A stretch of DNA of 63,366 nt, counting the filler, from Globobulimina sp. (taxonomy: Eukaryota), in NCBI GenBank assembly GCA_003354225.1. It is 38 parts of 38 records of this genome, joined end to end, with 100 filler letters (N's around TTAATTAATTAA, not from the genome) between each part and the next. Parts side by side here need not be neighbours in the genome. Positions count along the whole stretch, not along the records: positions 11,701 to 13,271 come from PIVH01014680.1; positions 13,372 to 14,942 come from PIVH01014681.1; positions 15,043 to 16,613 come from PIVH01014682.1; positions 16,714 to 18,284 come from PIVH01014683.1; positions 18,385 to 19,955 come from PIVH01014684.1; positions 20,056 to 21,626 come from PIVH01014685.1; positions 21,727 to 23,296 come from PIVH01014686.1; positions 23,397 to 24,966 come from PIVH01014687.1; 30 more parts are not named here. One strand, 5' to 3'. Both the position numbers and the translations under genes were made by a program. Positions within the stretch are counted from its first letter, which is position 1; each line of letters starts with the position of its first letter. Shown one piece after another: positions 11,701 to 23,551 of the stretch. Below the pieces are notes generated by a model. It did no database searches. It was not told where the DNA came from and was given only the letters and a program-made list of their open reading frames with translations.

Positions 11701-13226
11701 CATTCCAAGCGGGATCTCAATTATATATCTATCTCTATATTCAACACAGTATTGGGTCCAATACCGTGCAGCACACGACAAAGAATCAAAGTCGCGTCCT
11801 CCCAAGGAAGACCACTTCCTGTACCCCGCGGTGGCACCAGCAGCGTCCAAGCATCCAACTGGAACTGGAACTGGGACGACAAATATCAATCCAACTATCC
11901 AACACCATCAAACCAAAGAAGACATCAATTGGATTCCCAGCAATAATATTAAAATCAGGCATGGTGTATAAAAAAGGCGAAGGTGTAATGACCAACACAT
12001 ATAAACAACGCCTATTCGAGCTAACAATAAACGGCGAATTAAGATATTATGAAATCAAGTCCAATGGTAATAAAATAAAAAAAGATGAAATCATACTAAC
12101 ACCGTCCGTAAAAATAGAGAAACGGTCAGGTGGCAGACGCCGCGATGCCAAATTTATCATTCACATCAACAAAAACAAAAAATGGTACTTATGGTGCAAT
12201 AATCGACCAAATAACAGCCATATTCACAGAAAATCGCCGGCTTCCACCATCTATAAATATTATCCAACTTCGCCCAAATCGAAAACGAATTTAATCTCAT
12301 CACCAAACTACACAACAACATTATTTTTATCCCCTTCCAAAACAGCATTATTTTCTCCCAATATAAACATGTCAAACTCCTCTGGCTATACCTCATTAAG
12401 CTCGATCTCCACGAACTTATCCACAGCGTCAAACTGCTCCGCTTCATTGCTATCGCCCAACACAAAGATATTAATCCCACCGAAACTCATCAAAAGTATG
12501 ACCTCCTCTGTCCATGACAATGTGTATGATGATCGACACAAAAATGGCAAGAAACAGGCGCAAGAATGGTGCGACATTTTGAACAATTTTATCCAAAATG
12601 TGGAGCCTGATAATCACACAAAACATAACCATGATACTCTCAAATCGCGATCAAGTATGTTAGCGTTGTCAGCGTTGAATATGTTCAAATGTAACGTCTG
12701 TAATGTCCAGCGAGCAAATACAGCATAAAGTGTTGTTGCTGGACATTAATGGGTTACATTTGAATGTGTTTAAGAGTCATATCCATTGGCATTGAAAAGT
12801 GAGGATTGTGACGATGAGAAAATCACTGTTGAATGGACTATAAAAGAATGTTATTTGATGCTGAAATGCCATCGCGTCTATAAAAGGATGTATTTCATAT
12901 TGAGTATAAATGGGAAATTGGATTATTATACAAATGATACAGTCAAAGATAAGAAAGGATGCATTGATATAATAAATCAGTGTATCGGCGTTGAGAAAAG
13001 AAGAGGATCACAAAAACGCGATTGCAAATTTATAATACATGCACGAAATAATAGTTACTATTTTTGGTGTAAAGACGATGAAAAATTGAGTTTTGAATGG
13101 TACAATTTGTTGAGAAGGATAATTTTTGATAAAATGAAGAATTTAAATCATTATTTAGAGATCGCACATGCAAAATCGTTAAAATTTAAATCGGATTCTG
13201 ATGATAGAAAACACAAAGATTATTAA
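11701..13226 (+). CDS. Two-PH-domain protein, 5' partial; intron 12655-12774
   Basis: SGMVYKKG..YKQRLFEL..LRYY and YKRMYFIL..LDYY..KKGCIDI..EWYNLL; splicing GTATGT..AAG joins both ORFs in frame. Confidence 0.8.
12655..12774 (+). other. 120-nt intron containing a ~99-nt stem-loop (12675-12773)
   Basis: 21-bp stem with G-U pairs, an internal loop, then a further ~13+ bp stem; ends at the 3' AG. Confidence 0.8.
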
Positions 13227-13516
13227 TGTTTATTTATGTTTTTATAGTTTCATTGTTGTAAAAATGGTCAANNNNNNNNNNNNNNNNNNNNNNNNNNNNN
13301 NNNNNNNNNNNNNNNTTAATTAATTAANNNNNNNNNNNNNNNNNNNNNNNNNNNNNNNNNNNNNNNNNNNNGTCTATATGCTTTCAAAGTAGTAATGGAT
13401 GACACAAACAATACTTCAGATGTAATCGATAGAGAAGAATATATCGTTTAGTAAAAGCTCTAGCAGAACTTGCCGGTTGTGTTTTAAAAATCCTTTCAAA
13501 AATTCTTCCTTCCACC

Positions 13517-14680
13517 ATGTCCTATACTGGCTATACTCAAAAGCATTACAAATTTTGGACCGTTTTAGATACAATAGAATGGATAATTTCACTTAATCCC
13601 TCAAAACTTGCAAAATATAGGGATGTATTAACCACATCATTCACCGAAAACAATTTTGATGGCTCCTGCATCAATGATTTGGATCGCGAGGATCTTAAAC
13701 AATTTGGTATTATAAATTTAGATGACAGGAAAGCTATTTATAAAGCAATCATAACATTAATGGCTACCCAAAAAAGACGTGACTCTCAAATAAGTTCCGT
13801 TAATTTACAGCACACAAAAACCGACCAATTTTTCTCATTATCCGATGACGATGCAGACGATGCTGAAAGTGCATCAAAACCAGACTATAAAACATTATTA
13901 ACAGCCAAACAATTTGCAACATTGAATGAAAGAGGATATTGTGAGATGAACAACGATGAAACAGAAAACAAATTATTGGTGCATTTAATAGCAGGCTGGA
14001 TTCGTATCAACCACAATGGCGATGGCATCATCACAGAAATCGTCAACGCAATCATATATTTCCACGGTGCCAAATTCGACATCGATTATTATGTGCAGTT
14101 GAAATCGGGCGAAGAAGAAAATGCCAGTTATTTTCTGACCACTAAACAGAATATACGGCTGAGTAACTTATTGCGAATACAATGCGATGATACCTTGGAA
14201 TGTACGCAAGTACCAAAGCAGACATTGGCCGAAGTATTGTTATATTTAGGCCGGCATAAAGGAATCGAGCCAGATCCATTGCCGTGTCCCGTACGGTCTG
14301 TTGATATGCGCCAGATTTGTGGAGATAAATGGGATGCTATTTATATAGATTCGTATGATAAAAAGACTATATTTGAGATAATTTTGGCGGCCAATTATCT
14401 TGATATCAAAGCGTTAGGTTTGTAGCAGAATGTGTTGTGTGTTATGTGTTATGTTTATGTGTGTAATGTGTGTATAGTGCATCTCGGCGCAGCCAAAATA
14501 GCAACGTTAATTAAAAAATTGGATCAAAGAGAGATTAATAGGATTATTGAAGAGGAAGAAAGGTATCGGAGAGAACAAGCAGAGAAAGAAAAGGAATCTG
14601 TGTTTGGTTTGAATGAGGAATATGAGGATTTAAATGATGATAAGGTAATAATGGGATTGGATGAGGATGAAGAAAAATAG
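13517..14680 (+). CDS. SAM domain + Skp1-like domain protein; intron 14418-14477
   Basis: WTVLDTIEWI..FDGSCI..DLKQFGI (SAM); WDAIYID..IFEIILAANYLDIKAL|VHLGAAKIATLIK (Skp1). Confidence 0.85.
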
Positions 14681-15042
14681 TAAATTGTTATAGCCATGCA
14701 TGCAATATACTGATTTGAATTAAGAATCAGTTTCTACATCAATACGTGTGATGCAATGCGTGTGATGTAGTTTATGTTTTTTTTTTGATCAATAATTATA
14801 TTCTATACTATCAAATTTTTTTTATGGAGACATATGATATGTGCCTAATTAAAAAAACTAAAAATACTAACTATTCTACACTTATATATATACAAAACAA
14901 ACAAAAAGAAATGCTGCTAACTAATTAATCAGCAAACTCATCNNNNNNNNNNNNNNNNNNNNNNNNNNNNNNNNNNNNNNNNNNNNTTAATTAATTAANN
15001 NNNNNNNNNNNNNNNNNNNNNNNNNNNNNNNNNNNNNNNNNN

Positions 15043-15200
15043 AGCAAATTGGCATGGCCCCGTTTTAACTTGCGTGCGCTGGAGCCACACAAAATAAAAC
15101 GTAATCCCCTGTTTTCAATTAACCAATGAACTTCATCCAATAAAGCTGGAATTTTTTGTATTTCATCAATAATGATTGGGGATTTTTGGTTTGTCTCATT
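15043..15200 (-). CDS. Bacterial AAA+ ATPase fragment (AAA_14/DUF4143-associated type), chimerically joined
   Basis: IIIDEIQKIPALLDEVHWLIE..FILCGSSARKLKRG Walker B/sensor motif. Confidence 0.8.
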
Positions 15201-15235
15201 TAACACACTATGCATGACACACATATACAATACAG

Positions 15236-16546
15236 ATGTAAATGCAACTGGTCTGATGTGGGAAAATGCTGATTCTTATGATGCAATCATGGTATTTGCA
15301 GGTATGATGCACATTTATTTTATCTCAAAATACAATGCATTTAATTCCATTCCAAGAACATCGGTATTTTGGTAGTTCGTTACCTTTTGGATCTGATGAA
15401 GCCGACATGAAGAATGAAAATATTGTATATTTATCCTCTGATCAGGCAATGGCGGATTTTGCAGTTTTAATAAACAGTTTAAAGATGGAATGGGATTCCT
15501 GGGCGTCCCCTGTCATTGGATTTGGTGGCAGTTACGGAGGAATGTTATGTGCCTGGTTCAGAATAAAGTATCCGCAGTGGGTTGACGGCTGCATAGCGGG
15601 CTCTGCGCCAATCATAAGCTTTATGGGTGAGACACCTCCAGTGAATTATAACTTTTTTGCTGACGGAGAGACGTATGATTGCAGCGCACGCGGCGGACTT
15701 CCAAATGATTATTGCGCTAATAATTTGCAAGCAAGCTGGGATATTATATTCGCGAAAGCAAATGAGGCGGCAGGCAGACAAGAGCTGGCCACTGCGTTTA
15801 ATTTATGTGCAGTGCCAAAGGATTATGCTGACGGCGTGAATGTGGCCTATTGGGTTGCGGACGCATTGGCTTTTATGACTATGGGCAGTTTTCCCTACGC
15901 TTCCAGTTATATGTTGAATGGCGATGGGATGTTACCTGCTTATCCGATGCGTGTTGGTTGCAGTTATTTGACCGATGGAGTTATCAACGATGAGATGGAG
16001 TTATTGCGAGCTATCCGAAATGCAGTGGGTGTCTTTTATAATTATAGCGGAACAGTCGAGTGTTTTGATACAAATGCAAATGCAAACAATGCCACTCAGA
16101 TTGATGGCATATTATGGGATTATTTATATTGCACGGAAATATTCCAAACCTTTGGGCAAAATGGAAATAAGGCGGAACCTGAGGATATGTTTTGGTATTC
16201 GCCATGGAATGCGAGTGCTGCTGCGGAAGGATGCTATGCGATGTATGGCATTGCGACGAGACAGTTGTGGGCAGAGATAAATTATGGACAGATGCTACCA
16301 TTTACATCTGGCTCAGTGAGTAATATTGTTTTTAGCAATGGCGAGTTAGATCCGTGGAAGGGTGGAGGTGTACAAAATTTAAACAATAGTGCTACAAATA
16401 TATATTCTATAATAATACCAGACGTTGGACATCATATTGATTTATTTTTTAGTAATGAAAATGATACGGAAGCAATACGAAATGCAAGACAGTTTGAATT
16501 GGATCAGATTACAAATTGGATAAAAGTCAAGCAATCTCACACATGA
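15236..16546 (+). CDS. PRCP: Lysosomal Pro-X carboxypeptidase (peptidase S28), 5' partial; intron 15302-15356
   Basis: AEHRYFG, QAMADFA, FGGSYGGML, SNIVFSNGELDPW, GHHIDL. Confidence 0.9.
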
Positions 16547-16713
16547 ATAGAGACACAGTTGTAACCATATGCAATACAATAGTAAGTAAGTATAAAAAGT
16601 CTTTAAAAACTGTNNNNNNNNNNNNNNNNNNNNNNNNNNNNNNNNNNNNNNNNNNNNTTAATTAATTAANNNNNNNNNNNNNNNNNNNNNNNNNNNNNNN
16701 NNNNNNNNNNNNN

Positions 16714-18284
16714 TGGTGGTCGAAGATACGTCAAAATATGCACATGAGGCCGTAATAATTGATGAGAGCAGAGAGCAGCGCAAAATCGCAACCCATGACA
16801 TAACCACATTGTATTTGAACCATTTAAGTAGACAAATCATTACCGGCAGCTTCAAATACCTCAAATGCGCCGAAAGCAGTACAACAGCAACGCGCAAACG
16901 AACAAAATAAGAAAGCCCAACGCCAACAGTTCACAATAACTATATAGCAGCCACAGAAACAAGATAAAACCCATGGTAATAATGACCATAATCATAATAA
17001 GAAGAAACGACAGCGTCCCCGGACGCACTCAGAATCAGTGGACATCTTCTTTGATGCCACAAACTAATCTCTCGACATCGCAACAACCAAAAGCAGCTTC
17101 AAAACATACCAAACCAACACGAGAACACAGCACTTATTATGTAGGATCATCGCATTATGCATTCGATCATGGCCGGTCGCCTATGATTCGACACGATGGC
17201 TCCGAGAGTGCATATTCTCCAAAACAAACCGAACCAGCATCTAAACCGACGCCTAGACCTCAACCCATACTTGAATCGCGACCAATACTTAACGATGACG
17301 ACGATGATGAAATAATTGATGACATTCCCGCATTAACCACGGTGCACGAATACTTACCCATGAAAATTAAACATAAAAATCGAATAATTACTACCAAATT
17401 CTATGTATTGCCGCAATTGCCGGATACTATCAACTTTCTTATTGGCAGGGCTTTGTTACATGTGCTTAATTATAAATTGGTACAAATGACGATGATTTTG
17501 ATGATATGCCGTGTGAGCTATATCCATTAGATACGGATGCCGAAAATGTCAATTTCGACGTGATAATCCATGACGAGGCCGCTCGTGAACCCATACTCGA
17601 TTTAATTCATTCATACGCCGACAATATATCAAAGGGAGGCAGCGGAGCAGACATCGGCAAAATACCTGGTGAGAAGTTCAAAATTATATTGCGTGACGAT
17701 ATTAATGTGGACCCGGTGGTGAATCCTACATATTACATCAATCAAAAATATTTTGATGGACTAAAAAAACAAATACATAACTTATTGGCGGACAAACGTA
17801 TTGAAAAAAGCAGCAGCCATTGGAGATCGAGCCTTTTTCCGCGACCTAAGAAAACCGGCGATGTCCGCATCGTTTTCGACTTTCGGCGCCTAAATTACCT
17901 CACAAAACCCGACCAATTTCCAATACCGAATATACAGAAATTATTACAGCGGTTCAGGGACAAAACATACATCACATCGCTTGATATGAAGGCCGGTTAT
18001 TGGCACATTCCATTGGATGACGAAACGAAGCCGATCACTGCATTTGAGTTCGACGGACAATTATATCAATGGACTGTGATGCCGATGGGCTTGAAAAATG
18101 CGCCAGCGATGTTCCAGCGAGTAATGACTAAAATATTTGAGGATTTGGACTTTGTGGCAGTATACATCGACGATATCGCCATACTAAGCGATACATTGCC
18201 GGAGCATCTAAAACATATAAAAATAGTGTTTGAGCGCATAAAGAAATATAATATAAAACTGCGAATTGATAAATGCTTATTTGC
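16714..18284 (+). mobile_element. Ty3/gypsy LTR retrotransposon gag-protease-RT fragment, degenerate
   Basis: FLIGRALL (protease end); RIVFDFRRLN, LDMKAGYWHI, MPMGLKNAPAMFQR, YIDD; stops/frameshifts upstream. Confidence 0.9.
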
Positions 18285-18384
18285 NNNNNNNNNNNNNNNN
18301 NNNNNNNNNNNNNNNNNNNNNNNNNNNNTTAATTAATTAANNNNNNNNNNNNNNNNNNNNNNNNNNNNNNNNNNNNNNNNNNNN

Positions 18385-19201
18385 CTTATATTTTCAACAC
18401 ATTTCAAATAGACGCACTCCTCACTGCCAATGCTGAATATCGGTATATTTATATTCCTATTTTTATTTATATCGAACAACTGATACAAATTCGCTTGTAA
18501 TTGCTTCTTTTTCTGATAATCATTACATATAAATCTCTCCCTTTCTTTGCCTTCAATCCGCGTCAAAACAATGACCAAATGTCTCCAGAATTTAGCACCG
18601 AAAAACGCCTCGTATTGACGCAGCATTTTCTGAAAATTGGCATCAAATCTTATATTCGTGCCGTTACGCACCAAAATAAAGGCATTCACACCGCCACAAC
18701 CATACAAATAATGCACTAAATCGTTGATGTGCGCGTCGTCGCTGCCTACCTCTGAGTCATTGATGCCTGGCGTGTCTACGATGACATACTTGTTATATGT
18801 TATATGTTTGACATGTTTTGTTTGTGATTTTGCATCGTCAGACACCTCGAATGCAGCCTTGTCGCCATATTCTGAGTTATCGCCGACCAATCGGTTGCAA
18901 AGAGTGGATTTGCCATCGCCGGTATTCCCAATTATGACCAGAAACTTTGTATTCTCGTCGTTTATGGCATTCTCGTAGTGAGAGATTGCTTTTTCTTCAC
19001 ATTGTTAATTTCTTTTTGGTTTTTGCGATATCGCTTCTCTTCTTGCGCTTTAATCAAAAGCCAACGTGTTTTCGCTTCCAATAAATCGATTTTTTGTTGT
19101 TGTAACTTGTGTAATACTTGTTCTTTTTTCTGGTTGTTCAATTGGTTGACAACTGTGCCGGCGACATATGCCCCGCCGAGCATGAGAGCTGAGGTTGCCA
19201 T
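18385..19201 (-). CDS. AIG1/GIMAP-like P-loop GTPase with N-terminal coiled coil; 1-nt frameshift near 19005
   Basis: IIGNTGDGKSTLCNRL, IVDTPGINDS, VIVLTR; the N-terminal ORF is out of frame by one base. Confidence 0.8.
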
Positions 19202-19296
19202 GAGAGTTAGATAAGCGTTTTTAAGTATAGTAGTGAAAAAACTCTAGTAACTGACCCACGATAAATCACAGCAAAGCTAGGTGCCAACCTCATTTC

Positions 19297-19955
19297 ATGT
19301 GGATAACGTACCAATTTTTGTTCATATGCACCACGTTCATTCAGCCTAAAGGTATGCTCATATTACAATTGCTGAATTTTGACATACTCACCATACATTA
19401 TCTAAATAATACAGGGATAAACTTTATACATTTTCCTTACAGCGTGGATCATTCACATCAACTCGTAAATTATAACTCTGGGCCAACACCAACAACTCCG
19501 ACAACATATCAATTCCAATCAATTATGTTAGATGACGTGTTCGTGCATTTTGATGAGGGCTCAGAGCATTCAAACGCTGTAAAAACTAAATTTATGGAAA
19601 TTTTTTCTAAAATCGGATATGAGAAACATTTGGAATCATTTACGAACAGTCCAAGCAAATCATGGTTTGATAATCGTTTATATTATGCATGCCGGCAATT
19701 GATGCAAATGGAAAATAATGTTGCTGGAGCATACCAAGTATTGCGTGGCCTGCAATCATACGCATTGAGTCACTATAATTCAGTATCAATCACATGTTAT
19801 ACGGTGATGTTTGGCGCACACATTCTAATCACAGCAATTAATCATAATTATATTCCGTCGCACTATAACATTGCCGTGGAAATTGATGCTTTTATGACTG
19901 TTATTGTGAACAAATTAACTTATGAATTGACAAATCCTGTCATTTACCCGGTAAT
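19297..19955 (+). CDS. Hypothetical protein, partial, probably intron-containing
   Basis: Open frame to contig end; GTATGC donor at ~19352. Confidence 0.4.
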
Positions 19956-20168
19956 NNNNNNNNNNNNNNNNNNNNNNNNNNNNNNNNNNNNNNNNNNNNT
20001 TAATTAATTAANNNNNNNNNNNNNNNNNNNNNNNNNNNNNNNNNNNNNNNNNNNNTTTTTATTATGTATGTCATTATTTTCTTGGTATTTTGAAAAATAA
20101 AAACTAGGAACACTGTTTTTTTACCTAACGTCTAAATTAGGAGACGAGCAAGTGCATTGTCTGACACC

Positions 20169-21626
20169 TCATAGTGTTGTCATTTGCATTTGGTTCATGC
20201 TATCTACTCTGTCAACAAACTGATCCAAATGAGCATCTCCAACATCACAAAAAGTGAAGGCTCGGAATGCGAATTCTTGCAAATTTGATGACTCAGAATC
20301 AGCTCTCCTTACAAACTGATCCAACTTCCTATCATCAAAGGCTCGGCTATCCATTCTTACTCTGAATTCTTCAATGATATTAATATTGTCACTATTTTCA
20401 CTCAAATCCTTCTCATCGACTACATTTTGATTCGGTGAGATTTCTAATTCAGTTTGCTTCTGTACATGTTTTGGTATTTTATTTTGTCTTTTAACTTTAA
20501 AATAATTAGTAATTCCAGGATGCAATGTGTATTTATCAACCTGTTTCCTTTTTTCCTGAACAATATCATCACCACATAGCATATGCATTGATAACAGAAA
20601 CATATATGATACAAATTCAACAAATAAAGAGATCCAAGCAGCATATATACAATATTCAACATAAATATTTTCATTCATTGCTCGTTGATCCCACTCTGTA
20701 CACATAAAACATTCAAATTGCACCACCGCAAAAACGGTAATCACAGCCAATGAAAATGCATTATCAATAACTCGAATCATTGCCAATTTCTTTTCTTTTC
20801 GCAATGGAACTCCAACCAAAGCTTGTACCGTGAAAATAACTGTAAACGTTCTCGTTACTCCTTTAGCCACAACGCGAGCTGTACCGCTTTTCGATAAAAA
20901 TAAATAAACACTCAATGATATGATGCAATAAATTCCTAAATATAAACCTCCCAAAACAACAAAGAGCAGCGTGAATATGATGAACCGTACAATCAATTCA
21001 GTGAATCGCCATAAAAGCCGCAATAAATAAGAAAACGAAAGACATGGAAACTTGCTCATGCTACAGTGGAGGGTCTCTGCTCTGTCGCTGACCGAACGTG
21101 CGTCGTCATACATAAACTTGTTTGTAATGCTGGCGATACTCGCAAGCAATGAGATGAATATTAATAGCAACGGCACTTCCTCTAAATCGGGCTCATTTAT
21201 GCTCCGAATAACAAATGCAAACTGTAGAATAAGTTGAGGCATGGCTTCGAACAAACTTTCAAATAAATTCAACATTTTATGAAATACCGACGGTGATTTG
21301 TAATAAACTTTGGATGATTCATGCACCAATTTGATTATATAAAAATCTGTGACTACCAAAAACAAATCAAAATATGAATAAATGCGTTTCCCCACCTTTG
21401 TTTTGAAAAAATGATTGTAATATAATCCAGCCACAATGCGGTAAAACAGCATAAACAATATACTCCAAATAAAGAATGATAACATATTGATGGATTTATA
21501 ATCTTTTTTGCCAGATTCTTCAGCGATGGCTAAGCTGCCGAATTGTATACAAACACCAATATCAGTCGAGGTGTCATATAAATGAACCAACACAGCGCCA
21601 TATATCGAGCGCAATGACCATAATTC
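20169..21626 (-). CDS. Multi-pass membrane protein, XK-related-like, 5' partial
   Basis: YDTSTDIGV, ESLFEAMPQLILQ, multiple TM helices. Confidence 0.65.
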   Translation of the reverse strand, partial: ELWSLRSIYGAVLVHLYDTSTDIGVCIQFGSLAIAEESGKKDYKSINMLSFFIWSILFMLFYRIVAGLYYNHFFKTKVGKRIYSYFDLFLVVTDFYIIKLVHESSKVYYKSPSVFHKMLNLFESLFEAMPQLILQFAFVIRSINEPDLEEVPLLLIFISLLASIASITNKFMYDDARSVSDRAETLHCSMSKFPCLSFSYLLRLLWRFTELIVRFIIFTLLFVVLGGLYLGIYCIISLSVYLFLSKSGTARVVAKGVTRTFTVIFTVQALVGVPLRKEKKLAMIRVIDNAFSLAVITVFAVVQFECFMCTEWDQRAMNENIYVEYCIYAAWISLFVEFVSYMFLLSMHMLCGDDIVQEKRKQVDKYTLHPGITNYFKVKRQNKIPKHVQKQTELEISPNQNVVDEKDLSENSDNINIIEEFRVRMDSRAFDDRKLDQFVRRADSESSNLQEFAFRAFTFCDVGDAHLDQFVDRVDSMNQMQMTTL

Positions 21627-21726
21627 NNNNNNNNNNNNNNNNNNNNNNNNNNNNNNNNNNNNNNNNNNNNTTAATTAATTAANNNNNNNNNNNNNNNNNN
21701 NNNNNNNNNNNNNNNNNNNNNNNNNN

Positions 21727-23296
21727 CATCGCCTATCACTTCTTTAATGCTGCTCAAACTACCAAGAAACGCATCACTTTTTTCCTTTTCCTTTATAACC
21801 TCCGCATTATAAATATCAATAAACTGTTGGCCACACTTTGCATACATACTAAAATAACTGTTGGCCCAACTAAAGAATTTCCGCGTAAATTTTGTATCCT
21901 TATCCACATTGAAACTTTCATGCATTAAGCCAGTGCCGCCTGTATTACTTAATAACATGTGCAACAATTCATACTTTTCCTGTTCATTATCACTTGTAAA
22001 TCCTTGTGTAATTAATGCAAGTGGCCATATATTATTATTTGGTGTATGTGGTGATCCGATACCGGCCGCATGTGCACCGACAAAATAATATGGATTAGAT
22101 CCACTTAACAACCATTTACGTGTATTATTATAGATCGTTGCGTTATATTTATGACTAATCATTGGTATTGATAGCAAACTGGGGATATTTGCATCATCCA
22201 TCAAATTATAGTTACCGTTTCCATCCACTTCATAACAATAAATATCACCAAAGCCGACAATATTCACCACCCCAAATTGATGAATTCCATTATAAATTTC
22301 TTGTTGTAATTGTGTGGAGACAATCTGCATTGTATTATTGTGCCAGATTTGAGTTGCAAAATATTTCACAAACTGCAATATCTGATAAATAAAGAAGTTA
22401 TCTGCAATGTGGTAGGGATATTTACACAAATCGTCAGAGGGCCTATGACTGCTCCATACCATGCCGGTGTAGCTCACATTTGGTAAATTCAATTTTATTC
22501 CATGTGTCACTGTCTTATATCCACTGAAAATCCGCACAGAAACATATGTTTTTGCAATGTGGGTATCAGATTTTTTTATTTATCTTTTTTTTTTGACGAA
22601 AACATAGGTTTCTGTACTAATGCATACATACCTTAATGTATCATGATATTGTTCTGTTTGCCACATATTTATTAATTCAATAACTGCTAATTTGACAAGA
22701 TTGTCGTGCTGGAAAAATACATTTCGATCTTTTGTTTGATAATAATATGCATATAATAATTTGATAAAATATGCGCCAGAATCTATTTCGTCATCGCGTG
22801 TGGCCACAATGGAGGTTTTAATTAATATTTGCAATTTGGAATCATAGCAATAAGCTTCTTTTCTAAATGCATTCGCATAGACATCGGCTAGAATAAATTG
22901 TGCCTGCTTCAGGACGACACCACGTATCATATATTGAATGTATTTATATTTCTTAATTAAGTCAAAATATGGCCATATTTGTTCAGTGCTGTCGCGAATC
23001 CACATATCTTGGATGTCGCCAGTGATTACAAAGGTGGTATTGTCGATATATGAATAATATATTGTTCGTTTCAGAGCATTCCAAAATGTTATATTGCATA
23101 TTTTGGACATTTGCTTCTCGTCGATGTTGTATTCTGATTGCAATCGGAGTTTATTCCATGAATGTTTTATGTATATTTTGTGCCATGGAGATATCATTAA
23201 ATCTGACTGTGAGTTGTTGACATTCGAATTCTCAGTGGATCTGGTGCTGATTGGTGGCAATTGTATGTTTTGATGCATATGGTTGGTGTGGTTGAC
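21727..23296 (-). CDS. Glycoside hydrolase family 125 (exo-alpha-1,6-mannosidase type); intron 22524-22631
   Basis: ITGDIQDMWIRDS, RPSDD, YEVDG, MDDANIPSLLS, GIGSPHT, MHESF, FSWANS. Confidence 0.88.
22524..22631 (-). other. 108-nt intron with stem-loop (22535-22616)
   Basis: GTATGT..TTCAG restores the frame; UACAGAAACCUAUGUUUUCGUCAA pairs with UUGCAAAAACAUAUGUUUCUGUG. Confidence 0.75.
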
Positions 23297-23397
23297 NNNN
23301 NNNNNNNNNNNNNNNNNNNNNNNNNNNNNNNNNNNNNNNNTTAATTAATTAANNNNNNNNNNNNNNNNNNNNNNNNNNNNNNNNNNNNNNNNNNNNA

Positions 23398-23541
23398 TAA
23401 CTCTTTTGGCTTAGTTTCGTTTAATTCGTTTCATTTCATCGATTGGCAAAGTTTTTGGGTTAGCTAGAGTGGTTTTCAACTTCGAATACTAGGTCAACTT
23501 CGATCGAAATGAAACGAAACGAAACTAAGCCAAAAAAGTTA
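23398..23541. mobile_element. MITE-like element, family M (TIR type 1)
   Basis: ~40-bp TIRs taact.ttttggcttagtttcgttt..tttcatttc around the core gggttagctagagtggttttcaac. Confidence 0.8.
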
Positions 23542-23551
23542 ATTGCAATGT

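Noticed and set aside
12726-12773. Three in-frame TAA codons between same-frame PH ORFs, suggesting stop-codon reassignment
   Set aside because: Explained by the 120-nt intron; conserved genes (B56, Sec61gamma, GH5) end at TAA
23452-23463. TTTTGGGTTAG as telomeric repeat
   Set aside because: Single unit inside the MITE core; never tandem
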